64,000 nt of DNA, from positions 2,571,751-2,635,750 of the forward strand of contig OZ037773.1 in the NCBI GenBank assembly GCA_964035545.1, in the 5' to 3' direction. The notes below the pieces were generated by a model. It searched no databases. It was not told the DNA's origin and saw only the letters and a list, made by a program, of their open reading frames with translations. Position numbers and translations under genes: made by a program. Shown here piece after piece: positions 12,201-22,600 of this stretch; within the stretch, counting starts at the first letter, position 1; every line of letters begins with the position of its first letter. Origin of the DNA: Bugula neritina (lineage: Eukaryota > Animalia > Bryozoa).

Positions 12201-15200
12201 CTTGTACTGGATATATTTAAATATTACCATGTTTTCCTCTGCTAGCAGACCGAGTCGTACAAAATTTGTCAACATTATGAACCACAATCAATTAGAATAA
12301 ATATTATTTTGGAAAAATTAATTATTTATCAGCCTTGAAGTATAAAAGCATGCCCTGTGTTGGGAAGACATGTTTAACAATGCAACTGAAATGAATTTCT
12401 AGTTATAATTTAGTGGTAACCTCATTTTGATGTTTGTTTGCTGTTATGTCTAGCTAAGGGTTCTCACTCTGTCCTGAATTTAGAATCTCGCAAGAGGAAG
12501 GTGAGAAACTGGGACGAGAATGACTACTACGACTCGGATGAAGACACTTTTCTAGACAGAACCGGTGATGTGGAGAGGAAGCGCCAGATGAGGATGAAGA
12601 GAGCCGGTAAACTGAGGGAGGAGTCTCAGCAAGTTCTGACCTTTGACCAGCTGGTACGTCTGCACTGACTACTACGTCTGCTGTGACTGCTACGTCTGCT
12701 GTAACTATTACGTCTGCTATAACTACTACGTCTGCTATAATTATTACGTCTGCTATAATTATTACGTCTGCACTGACTATTACGTCTGCACTGACTATTA
12801 CGTCTGCTGTGACTGCTACGTCTGCTGTAACTATTACATCTGCACTGACTATTACGTCTGCTGTAACTACTACGTCTGCTGTGACTGCTACATCTGCTGT
12901 AACTACTACGTCTGCTATAACTACTACGTCTGCTATAATTATTACGTCTGCTATGACTATTACGTCTGCACTGACTATTACGTCTGCTATGACTATTACA
13001 TCTGCTATAACCATTACGTCTGCTATAACTACTACGTCTGCTATAACTATTACGTCTGCTATAACTACTACGTCTGCTATAACTATTATGTCTGCTATGA
13101 CTATTACGTCTGCTTTGAATATATTTTGTTTGCTGGGACTATTACATTTGCTATGACTATTACATCTGCTATGAATATATTACGTCTGCTATGAATATAT
13201 TACGTCTGCTATGAATATATTACATCTGCTATGAATATTTAGTCTGCTATGAATATATTACGTCTGCTATGAATATTTAGTCTGCTTTGAATATATTACG
13301 TCTGCTTTGAACATATTACATCTGCTATGACTATTACGTCTGCTATGAATATATTACGTCTGCTGTGACTATTGAAGTCTAAGTATTACCAAACTTTTTA
13401 TGAGTCTCAGTTTTTACTGGTGTCAAAAGAAGATAGCTAAGGACTTTCGAAAGAAGTTGATTATTAAACTTCTACAACCCTTCTCATCTCAACTCTTTTA
13501 TCTGCTCGACTTTCAACTTGCAGGTTGAGAAGTTGGATGCAATACGTGCCGAAACGAAAGACCTACAGTCCAAGATAGAAAGGTCTAAACAGTGTAAGTT
13601 TATCTCTTCTACTCTTCTACTCTGCTTTGATTTGTAGCCGACCCTCACCTCACGAGATATATTCTCTCTAATGATTCACATCACTTTACATATGTACTAG
13701 TTTGAAGTGCGGAAGCGTGTCCTTGATATTGTATTTCCTCTGTAGTAGAGAAAAAGAAAACAGCCGATATGGACGACCTTGATGCCTACATGATGTCAAT
13801 CAAAGCTGGTGGCATGAATGCTACAGGTAAGTTACTCGTGAGTATATAACATATCTACTTGTGGGTATATAATATATCTACTCGTGAGTATATATAATGC
13901 ATATCTATATATAAACTAAATATTCTGTTGTTGGAAACCTTAAGGTTGTATTGAAGCGGGTAGCCTCATGACTTGTACTCTTTGATGGTCAGGGGATGAA
14001 AGGTGACCATATGGAGAGACAACCCCATGACATATATCCTCAACTCTCTATAATTTTGTGTCAAACATCTCTTTGCGGTACAGTTATGCCATGCTGGTAC
14101 AATCGAATTTCCTAAGCTTTCTATATTTATATATAAACTGTTATTTTTGTATTTTTTAAAAGAAAAAACGAAGTGTAAGCGGAGATTGATAGAGCTTAAA
14201 CAGGACGAGTTGAGAACTCAGAAGTTAGTCAACATGGCGCGGCCTTCAGATGTGCCTAAGTTAAAGAAGTCTATCTCTAACAGGTATCACTGTTACCCAT
14301 AAGTTCTATATGGCAATACTTCAGTCTATATCATAGTATTTGCTAATGGAACAAATTTTCTGATGCTTCTAACAACTTTACACACGCTTTCAGCAAAAAT
14401 TCAGAGTTGCCTTCTCCGAAAGAGGAATTGGAGGTTCCAATCCTGAAAGAACATTCCAAGAATGACTTGACAGTTGAATGCAGTGCTGAAGCTGCTGCTA
14501 AAAACTTACCTACTGTAAATACTGACACTTCCAATACCTTACAAGATTCCGGTTCTAGTGATATCTCAGCTCAACACCGGCAAATTTCTCACGGACTAAA
14601 AGCATCCAATAGAAATGGTGTTTCACACACAACCTCTGACACAGCTAGCAAGGCACCTGTTATGACTACTCAAGCACCTGTTAGTGATGCAGATGACACC
14701 TCTTGCAAAGCAGCTGTTTCGGCGATGCAGGCACCTGTCACATCCAGTAAAATTTCTGATTCATTTAGTGAAACACCTGACAAATCTATTAAAGCACCTG
14801 TCATATCTGCCAACATACCTGTTACACCTGCCATGACACTTGAAAAGTCTACTAAGGCACCTGTCACATCCATGAAAGCACCTGTAATGGCTGCCAAGAC
14901 ACAAGCTGCGTCTACCAAAGCACCTGCTGCATCTGTCAAAGCACCTGTTGTATCTAGTCTAGCTGGCATGGTGTCAGATTTGAAAACTAAGAAAGAAGAA
15001 GAAAAGCTGATGAATGACCCAGACTTTGCCTGTTGGCTTCCTCCTAAAGGTATGTAATATTATCATTTAGCACTCTCCTTGTATGTCTTCATATTAGCCA
15101 ATGTTTCACTATGTTCAGACAGGCTGAAGAAAGGCTAAGCGTATTCATATTCAAGTTGCCGTGTGGTAAATATGGTCACAGGCTATGATTATGAAACACT

Positions 15201-16083
15201 AAGAAATGCAACAGGTGATGCAGTGTTATTTATGTTGAGTTTAGTTCCCAGCATTAAACACAACGCCTATTCAGTTGATGGATTTTATGTCTCTGTAATT
15301 TAGGTTTATATGGATGTATGGCTGCTCTTTGATGTAGAGAAATTCACAAATGATTCTATAAGCAGCTCTGGGGTGGGGCTGACTGAGTGCAGTACTTTGG
15401 AATTCTCAAGTTTGGAGTTGGAGGTTCCAAGTTTCAACAATAACCCCCCCCTCACTACAAACTCAAAAACCCAAACTACTGCACTCAGTCACCCCCAACT
15501 TGAAGCTGCTTTTAAAACCATTCGATATCCACTGCATTTATCGACTATGTGTAGAGCAATATTTGTCACGTGAAGAAGTTTGATGATGTTTCAGTTTTTT
15601 ATAATGGCTTCAATAGACCCTTCTCAGAGGTCCCTGATATCCCTCCCTTCTTTAGGAGACAGGTATTTTGGTATCAGCACACAGATTAGCAGTTCATAAA
15701 ATTCTTTAAAAATATTTCTTCAAGGATAATTTTGACAGAAAGAAACTTCAAAGCATTTATGTGGTTTTGGTTACTGGGCAATGTTAATGTGGCACTTCAG
15801 CCTTGCTCAGTAACCAAAACCAAAAACATGAGTTCAAGCATATTTTGCTTAACAAATTTCATTTTGGGAGACCACAACTCTTAATTGTAAGGGGGGCATT
15901 GGGGACCTCTGAAAAGGGTCTATTAGATGTAAGAAGTATTTGTATGCAGCGGCAAATTTATTCAAAGTTTGGCCACAAACTCGACAAGTGTTATTTTCTG
16001 TTCCAGTGTGGTTCTAAGTCTATTCTGTTACAGGTCAATCGGGTGATGGGAGGACGAGCCTTAATGACAAGTATGGGTACTGA
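258..16083 (+). CDS. SLC4A1AP: Kanadaptin (FHA + dsRBD-like protein), 5'-partial, 12 exons in window
   Basis: Exons 258-434, 1835-2040, 2403-2543, 2696-2864, 3591-3774, 11840-11982, 12484-12653, 13524-13593, 13746-13826, 14163-14283, 14394-15049 and 16034-16083 join through GT-AG introns with consistent phase. Recognised motifs: YKEPTWSG; FHA ([25 protein letters not shown]...LFDLDSTHG...FGGSTRL); GCSWGM; [15 protein letters not shown]; [17 protein letters not shown]; [15 protein letters not shown]; DDLDAYM; C-terminal [21 protein letters not shown]. The start codon lies upstream of the window. Confidence 0.95.
1121..1566. mobile_element. AGACC-terminus MITE inserted into a SINE; AT target-site duplication
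   Basis: TIR AGACCcTTTTCAGAGGTCCC...GGGACCTCTGAAAAtGGTCT, subterminal inverted 'ttacaattaagagttgtggtctcc', AT at 1119-20 and 1567-68. Confidence 0.85.
3340..3570. repeat. ~45-bp degenerate AT-rich tandem repeat
   Basis: atatcaacctag...attatatagatattatcatatac recurs about five times. Confidence 0.75.
3809..3973. mobile_element. ~160-bp MITE family with TAGGTGCAGTA.TGGAGAAATTGAGA TIRs
   Basis: Diverged copies at ~34364-34520, 35576-35732, 37560-37650 (partial), 37972-38130 and 58661-58823, each with imperfect terminal inverted repeats. Confidence 0.75.
4565..6202 (-). CDS. Ly6/uPAR (three-finger, quiver/sleepless-like) protein with likely GPI signal, nested antisense in kanadaptin intron
   Basis: Exons 6202-6004, 5743(or 5740)-5654 and 4665-4565 splice in phase 1/1 to [129 protein letters not shown]. 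This gives a signal peptide, 10 Cys in LU spacing ending CxCxxxxCN, and a hydrophobic tail. Confidence 0.88.
5085..5305 (+). mobile_element. tRNA-derived SINE (~220 bp), possibly MetaSINE-like
   Basis: A-box-like gtgctctaagggttag, B-box ggttcgaa, conserved core ggccattggtgatgttaggaagagcatccagtcataattgctcc, T-rich tail. Other copies: 1050-1120 + 1567-1710 (-, split), 31853-32060 (+), 41271-41490 (-), 43278-43490 (-), 52180-52350 (+), 59846-60035 (+), 60160-60373 (+). Confidence 0.85.
7495..11059. mobile_element. Palindromic non-autonomous DNA transposon (ISL2EU/PIF-Harbinger class), ~690-bp terminal inverted repeats
   Basis: Arms 7495-8185 and 10365-11059 are near-perfect reverse complements (I saw one substitution and one 4-bp indel). 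Termini are AGACC...GGTCT with AT on both sides (7493-4, 11060-1). A transposase remnant lies inside. Confidence 0.85.
8945..9182 (+). pseudogene. Degenerate C-terminus of a DDE_Tnp_4 (Harbinger/ISL2EU-type) transposase
   Basis: Translation across stops and frameshifts gives [35 protein letters not shown].../[38 protein letters not shown]. This matches the family's typical 'PP....QL...T..IA..RIHVERAI...I..VC..L.NLQPPLV' tail. Confidence 0.7.
12654..13372. repeat. 18-bp minisatellite (tacgtctgctataactat variants)
   Basis: About 40 tandem units starting at the kanadaptin donor gtacgt. Confidence 0.95.
15359..15512. mobile_element. Small palindromic MITE-like element
   Basis: aagcagct..gggg.tgactgagtgcagta / tactgcactcagtcacccc..agctgctt inverted ends. 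Confidence 0.5.
15615..15921. mobile_element. Second, internally deleted copy of the AGACC MITE (opposite orientation)
   Basis: Same TIRs and internal sequence as 1121-1566 in reverse complement, flanked by AT. Confidence 0.85.
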
Positions 16084-16668
16084 TGACCTTCAGTAAACAC
16101 TATACATTCATTACATGGTGGCCGGTAGTAAGCTGACCTTCTCCTTGTATGTTACTAGTGTTTGTCTGATAACCTGCTGATATAAGCACCTGGTGCCTGT
16201 TAAATTGAGTGGAGCATTTAATTTCTTACAACTTTATTTGAATTGCACAACTTTGAACTACCAAAACAACGACTGTGTAAGTCAGTTGAAACTTCTTCAA
16301 ATAAATAACAAAGATGCAGGTTTCTCCACCACTGTGAGACATGGGTTATTGGGAGTTATGCTTTGTGTAGCCAAGGTTTATTGTAAAAACTGTATGTGAT
16401 ATTGTGTATAAAGTTACACTGTGTGACACTCAATTATTTTTAGTCATTTTATACGTTATTTTTATGCAAATAAGTTGACTTTTTGATGTAACATGTATAT
16501 AATTGTACAATGATTTCTTGTGCTGAAATAAAAATAAATTGTTAGCCCTCATTGATTTGGTTTTATTTGATGAGTGGTTGTCTTCTATTTGTTTAGAATA
16601 TTCCATGATTAGTATTGTTGAGAGCAAATTTCTGTTAAACTTTTATATTGTTGTAAGTAAAGTATTAC

Positions 16669-19600
16669 ATGCTTACTCAATGTTGGATTTTAACTCAACT
16701 CAGCATGATTCTGATGTGGGTAGGTGACTGTGTGTGATGACTAAGAAGTGACAGCGTTGGTTTCACTTGATATGTACTAGAATGTTTCTCTACTGCTACT
16801 CTGCCTCTACTAGTCTGTCTCTACTACTCTGTCTCTCTACTACTCTGTCTCTCTACTACTCTGCGTCTCTCTACTCTGCCTCTACAACTCTGTCTCTAAT
16901 ACTACGTCTCTCTACTACTCTGCGTCTCTCTACTCTGTCTCTACTACTCTGTCTCTACTACTCTGTCTCTACTACTACTCTGTCTCTCTACTACTCTGTC
17001 TCTCTACTACTCTGTCTCTACTACTCTGTCTCTCTACTACTCTGCGTCTCTCTACTCTGCCTCTACTACTCTGTCTCTACTACTCTGTCTCTTTACTACT
17101 CTGTCTCTACTACTCTGTCTCTACTACTCTGTCTCTCTACTACTCTGTATCTACTACTCTGTCTCTCTACTACTCTGTATCTACTACTCTCTCTCTACTA
17201 CTCTGTCTCTGCTACTACTCTGTCTCTCTACCACTCTGTCTCTCTACTACTCTGTCTCTCTGCTACTCTGTCTCTCTACTACTCTGTCTCTCTACTACTC
17301 TGTCTCACTACTTTGTCTCTACTACTCTGTTTCTCTACTACTCTGTCTCTCTACTACTCTCTCTCTACTACTCTGTCTCTCTACTACTCTGTTTCTACTA
17401 CTCTGTCTCTCTACTACTCTGTCTCTTTACTACTCTGTCTCTACTACTCTGTCTCTCTACTACTCTGTCTCTTTACTACTCTGTCTCTCTACTACTCTGT
17501 CTCTACTACTCTGTCTCTCTACTACTCTGTCTCTCTGCTACTCTGTCTCTCTACTACTCTGTCTCTCTACTACTCTGTCTCTACTACTCTGTCTCTCTAC
17601 TACTCTGTCTCTCTACTACTCTGCGTCTCTCTACTCTGCCTCTACTACTCTGTATCTACTACTCTGTTTCTACTACTCTGTCTCTCTACTACTCTGTCTC
17701 TCTACTATTCTGTCGCTCTACTACTCTGTCTCTACCACTCTGTCTCTACTACTACTCTGTCTCTCTACTACTCTGTCTCTACTACTCTGTCTCTACTACT
17801 CTGTTTCTACTACTCTGTCTCTCTACTACTCTGTCTCTCTACTACTCTGTCTCTACTACTCTGTCTCTCTACTACTCTGCGTCTCTCTACTCTGCCTCTA
17901 CTACTCTGTCTCTACTACTCTGTCTCTCTACTACTCTGCGTCTCTCTACTCTGCCTCTACTACTCTGTATCTACTACTCTGTCTCTACTACTACTCTGTC
18001 TCTCTACTACTCTCTCTCTACCACCCTGTCTCTACTACTCTGTCTCTCTACTACTCTGTCTCTCTACTACTCTGTCTCTACCACTCTGTTTCTACTACTC
18101 TGTCTCTCTACTACTCTGTCTCTCTACTACTCTGTCTCTCTACTATTCTGTCTCTCTACTACTCTGTCTCTACAACTCTGTCTCTCTACTATTCTGTCCC
18201 TCTACTACTCTGTCTCTACAACTCTGTCTCTCTGCTGCTGCTGCTTTTAACAGTTGAAGTATTTAATTCAAGTACAATTTTTTAACATAATCCCCTGGTA
18301 ATAAAAGTTGCAGGTTATCATTCACTACAAATATTTATAAGCAGCTAATGATAATGATACTAATGAAATAATATCAATAAGTATATATGATCATCATCTA
18401 AGATTCAATAAAAACATGTAAAATATCTCTACATTGTCTGAACTAGGAGCCACAAAAAACAAAGCAATATTGGTTAAAAATTTTACCTGGCTGTATTTGC
18501 CTCATGCCTTATAACTTTATAACAATTGCATTGTCACAAGCTCAGGTGAAACACACTGGTAACAGAAGGTGTACCATAAACTCTACTTGGTCCGGTATAC
18601 AATTCTAAATACCTTGCATTTGAGTTGCAGCCGAAGCATTTCTGCTGACTGCATATTAAAACAGAAATGTTCTCCTTTTATATAAAATTTTACCTGCGTT
18701 TACAGGTAAGAGTTGTGCTGGTTGTGAATAGCTTTCTGCCAACCTTCCAACAGCAGCTATTCTTAACAACAACAGATCAGTAAGTTGAATTTAGTAAACT
18801 TTATGGCTTATTTTTTCTACCTCCACAAGTTTTAGTTCAACTTTTAGTGGCGATGTTACAGTGTGGAGTTAGGATTTGAAAAAGCATTTAGAAAGCAGCT
18901 GGATAACTATAATCTTTCTTAAATCCCTTCATCATTTGCCGATTATATATGAAGCGCAAATTATTTTTTTAACATTTAAATGTATAAAACCCTGTTTGAG
19001 TGAGTTTGGTGTGCTAATATAGATCAAACTGCATATTTTATGATGCTAATGTAGCAAGCTAATATTGTCGGTTTGCTTGTAGCTTACACCTGCACAGATA
19101 TAAACCATATCGGTCAATTCCAAACTGTGATGTGATTGCTCTACAGAGAGATACGTACGTCTCTGGTAAGATTCTCATAGCCGATCGGCAGACTATAAGG
19201 AGCGTGAATGTGAGTGCCAAGCATGTGGAAATACTCTTTGGGTCAGCGTGGGATGATGCAAAAAGTCTAGACGGCTATGGAACTGATGCCAAATTCAGCT
19301 TCATTGTAGACATGGCGCAACGAATTTCTCGACATCTCTATGTAATGGAGAAGTATTGCATACGGAGAATATTTAGACGTTCAAAAAGAGTTGAAACGGT
19401 GACGGCTAGTTGTTCGAAAAGTGGCAATGCGTTTGGAACGATTGGTACCACCATGTTTAATACAATTATTTCAGGGGTTTTTGCAACACAGTCATGGCTG
19501 GTTTTAGCCGAGACTGCTCAAAATAACCGAATCATGTTGATTGATTTCAGTAGAAATACCGTCACTAAAGTCCTAGAGAGCTTCGAAGGAGTAAAAACTC

Positions 19601-22600
19601 TATTTACTTCTCCATTTCTTCCATCTCCGAGTATATACGCTTTTAGATATGATGAAATGATTTCTATTTCCGTGCCGTCCGGTGAAGTAGAAACCATCAT
19701 AAAGTCTCAAGGGAAAGTTATTAAAGATGGCCTGATTCATCAAGTTAGATTCAATTCTGTAAGTAGTGCAATCGGGTATAACAATACTATAATCGTTGCA
19801 GATTCTGAAGATAAGGTTCTACGAATTGTTAATCTGCAGAGAAATCTAGTTACATCTGTGTGTAACATCTTACCCCCGAGTAATGTTATATCTAACGTTC
19901 TTCACGACATTTCAAAAATTTCTACATGTCAACCCTCCTCTCCCAAGGCTATTGGCATCTTCCCCGAGATCGGTATGATTATGATAGGAGGCCAAGGCTA
20001 TTTAGCGAGTATATTAGTCACAGAGAACTACATCGGTGAGAAATTATAAGTATTGGACTAAACTTCTTACAGCTTATGTAACAAAATTAATAATAAGGTG
20101 ACTCAGAAACAGTATTTGAAATTTTTTGTATGAGTTTTTATCTTTAATTTAATAATTTATTTAAAAAGTTGTAAAATGGTGACTTTCTCACATATGCGTG
20201 CAAGACTGGAGTGTTGAGAGTAAATTATTCACCAGTATAAATGGTTTATTACTTGTGAATTCTAAAGAAAGCTTGTTTTTATACATAAGAATTGAATGAG
20301 CACAAAACTGCTCAAAACCCTGTTTAGTTTTTACTTTTGCTTATAGCAGTTTTACACAATATCTTGAGTTGATAACTTGCTGAGTTTTCAAACAGAATTA
20401 GAGCAGCTGTTAGACTTAGAGTTTGCTCTGACAGTCACAAGTTTTAATAAGCCCCAAACTTGTATTTAACATGTATAATATTAGTTCATCTGTAGTGTTG
20501 TGTTAACTCGGTAGCCCCTGTGGTTTAATTAGTTAATGCGTCTGCTAGCAAGATAGAGGTCTGGGGTTTGAATCCCAGTGGGACACCAATTATTTTACAT
20601 CACCAAAATTCTTTTTGAAAATTGGTGAACTTCAAATAGGGTTTTATAAGTAGCTTTTTATCCTTCAAGCAACTAAAGAACCAAAGTAATTTCAATAGCC
20701 TAAATTCAATACTATTTGGTCCTTTGTAGTATGCTCTCAAAACAAAGACTGTATAAAGTACTGTAATTCTGGAAAAGAGGCTCACTGCGATATAAGCGGA
20801 GACTATTACTGTGATCCGCTACTCAAACAGTGCGCTATGCTGTATGCATATTATTTATATTTTTATCAATTAAAATACATCTTAAAATCTTACAGAGATA
20901 CTCAATATATCATATGCTTTGTTCAGTCATTTTGTTTATAATGATATATCTAGTTTTTAGTACAACTAATAGCCTGTAAAGCTGTTTGTGTTTTGGCAAT
21001 TTTATGCAATCTGTATTCTCAGACTTATACTGACTCGTAGACTTAGCCTAGGGCCACACTGTGCGTATTTTCGCATTGAAGTCACGGGTAGCAAAGGTGT
21101 CCACTGTAGCGTCAGTGACGCGTGATAAATAAAGCTTTCATTTTTAAATCGCACTCGCTTTCAATAAAACGCAATTTACTGGAATGTAGCACTAAAATAA
21201 AGAAATTGGGCTCGCTGAATAACTACCAGCCAATTAGGTGACGACGACAAAGACGATTCGCACTTGCGTTGAAAATGCTGAGCGACAAGTGCGAATGTTT
21301 TCTCAACGCGCACAGTGGACACCTTTGCTACTCGTGGTTTCAATTTTCGCATGCGAAAATACGCACCGTGTGGCCCTAGGCTTACTCTTAGATATACTAT
21401 CAGTTTTCAATCATGTGGTAGTTTAACATAAAAATGACTGTCCAGTAATACCAAAAGATGTGATTTTAAGTTTATGTACCCAACATTAAAATTCCAACAT
21501 GTTAAACCTCAAGATATAGGTAGCGCTTGAAAAGCAGTCTCTCACATTTTAGATCTATTATTTTGGAAACAAAATCATTGTGTTTTTATCTAGAACAGGG
21601 AAAGTTCTTATTGCTTAGTTGGAAATTTGAAAGTAATTTAATGCATTAATACAACTTCAAAGGAAAGATGAGCAAAAGTCTCATGGGTAGACAATTCCAC
21701 ATGTGGAATATAGTGCACTCAGTCGCAGTATTTAAGCTAAAATTTAATGTCAAGGTCATGTCATAACGTCATCATGCTGAGTGGTAGGTGTGACCATTAT
21801 GATGTAATATCGTAGACCACCCTTTCTACGAAGGCATACTTCCCCTCCATCTTGTAACCGAACTGTCTTCCATTATATTGCAGTTGTGGAGCAGGTAGAG
21901 CTGAGTGTGGTTCTGGACACAGCTGTGTGGCTGTCACGGGTCAAAGCTACCAGCTCTGCAGAAAGACTTGCGTAGAAGATTCTGACTGCCTGTTTAACCA
22001 AGAATGTTCCGACGGTACGCATAGCCTGCGATTCAGTCATCTTAGTTTTGTAGAACGTGTTTTCTATATACTTCTGGCTAGAACTGCAAGTCTCAAGCTT
22101 TTTAGTAATACCAGAATTCCTAAAACCTATTTGTTGTAGTTTGGGACTTTAGAGCTGATATTTTTTTTAAATTTATATTTATATAATATAAATGTAATAA
22201 AAGCAATATGTGATTTGATTTACCATAGAAGTGGTAGAATGTTGAGAACATGTGTGAGTTGTAGGGTTAGAACAATGGCTGTGTAGAGTGTTGTGCAAGC
22301 AGCTATAAAATATATAAATTGTAAAAACAAGTTTATCTAATCTAGCAAACCTGTTAGGATAACATGTACCTAGTTTGTAACTGTTTTAATTTCAATTATA
22401 CCACTACCAATATATTATTAATAGTAGTTTTTCGCTGTAATACAAACATAATGTTAGCATGTATTTATCTTTGTGTAGTTTCAAGGCTGAATGTTTGTTA
22501 CAGGCTACTGTGTCAGAGATGGATTGGCAGGTACATATTTCAACTGGCTCCTTTATATTCTATGTTGGTTTGTAGTAGAAGCTTCTTTTTATAATGTGAT

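Noticed and set aside
12454-13194. Three overlapping 157-186 aa ORFs (Tyr/Cys-, Thr/Ser- and Val/Ala-rich)
   Set aside because: Artefacts of an 18-bp stop-poor minisatellite inside a kanadaptin intron.
16767-18257. 496-aa Leu/Ser/Tyr-rich ORF
   Set aside because: Translation of a pyrimidine-rich satellite, with no domain signal or splice context.
20513-20590. tRNA-like sequence (also 28125-28200 and the SINE heads)
   Set aside because: A/B-box-like motifs are present but I could not fold a consistent cloverleaf; treated as SINE-derived.
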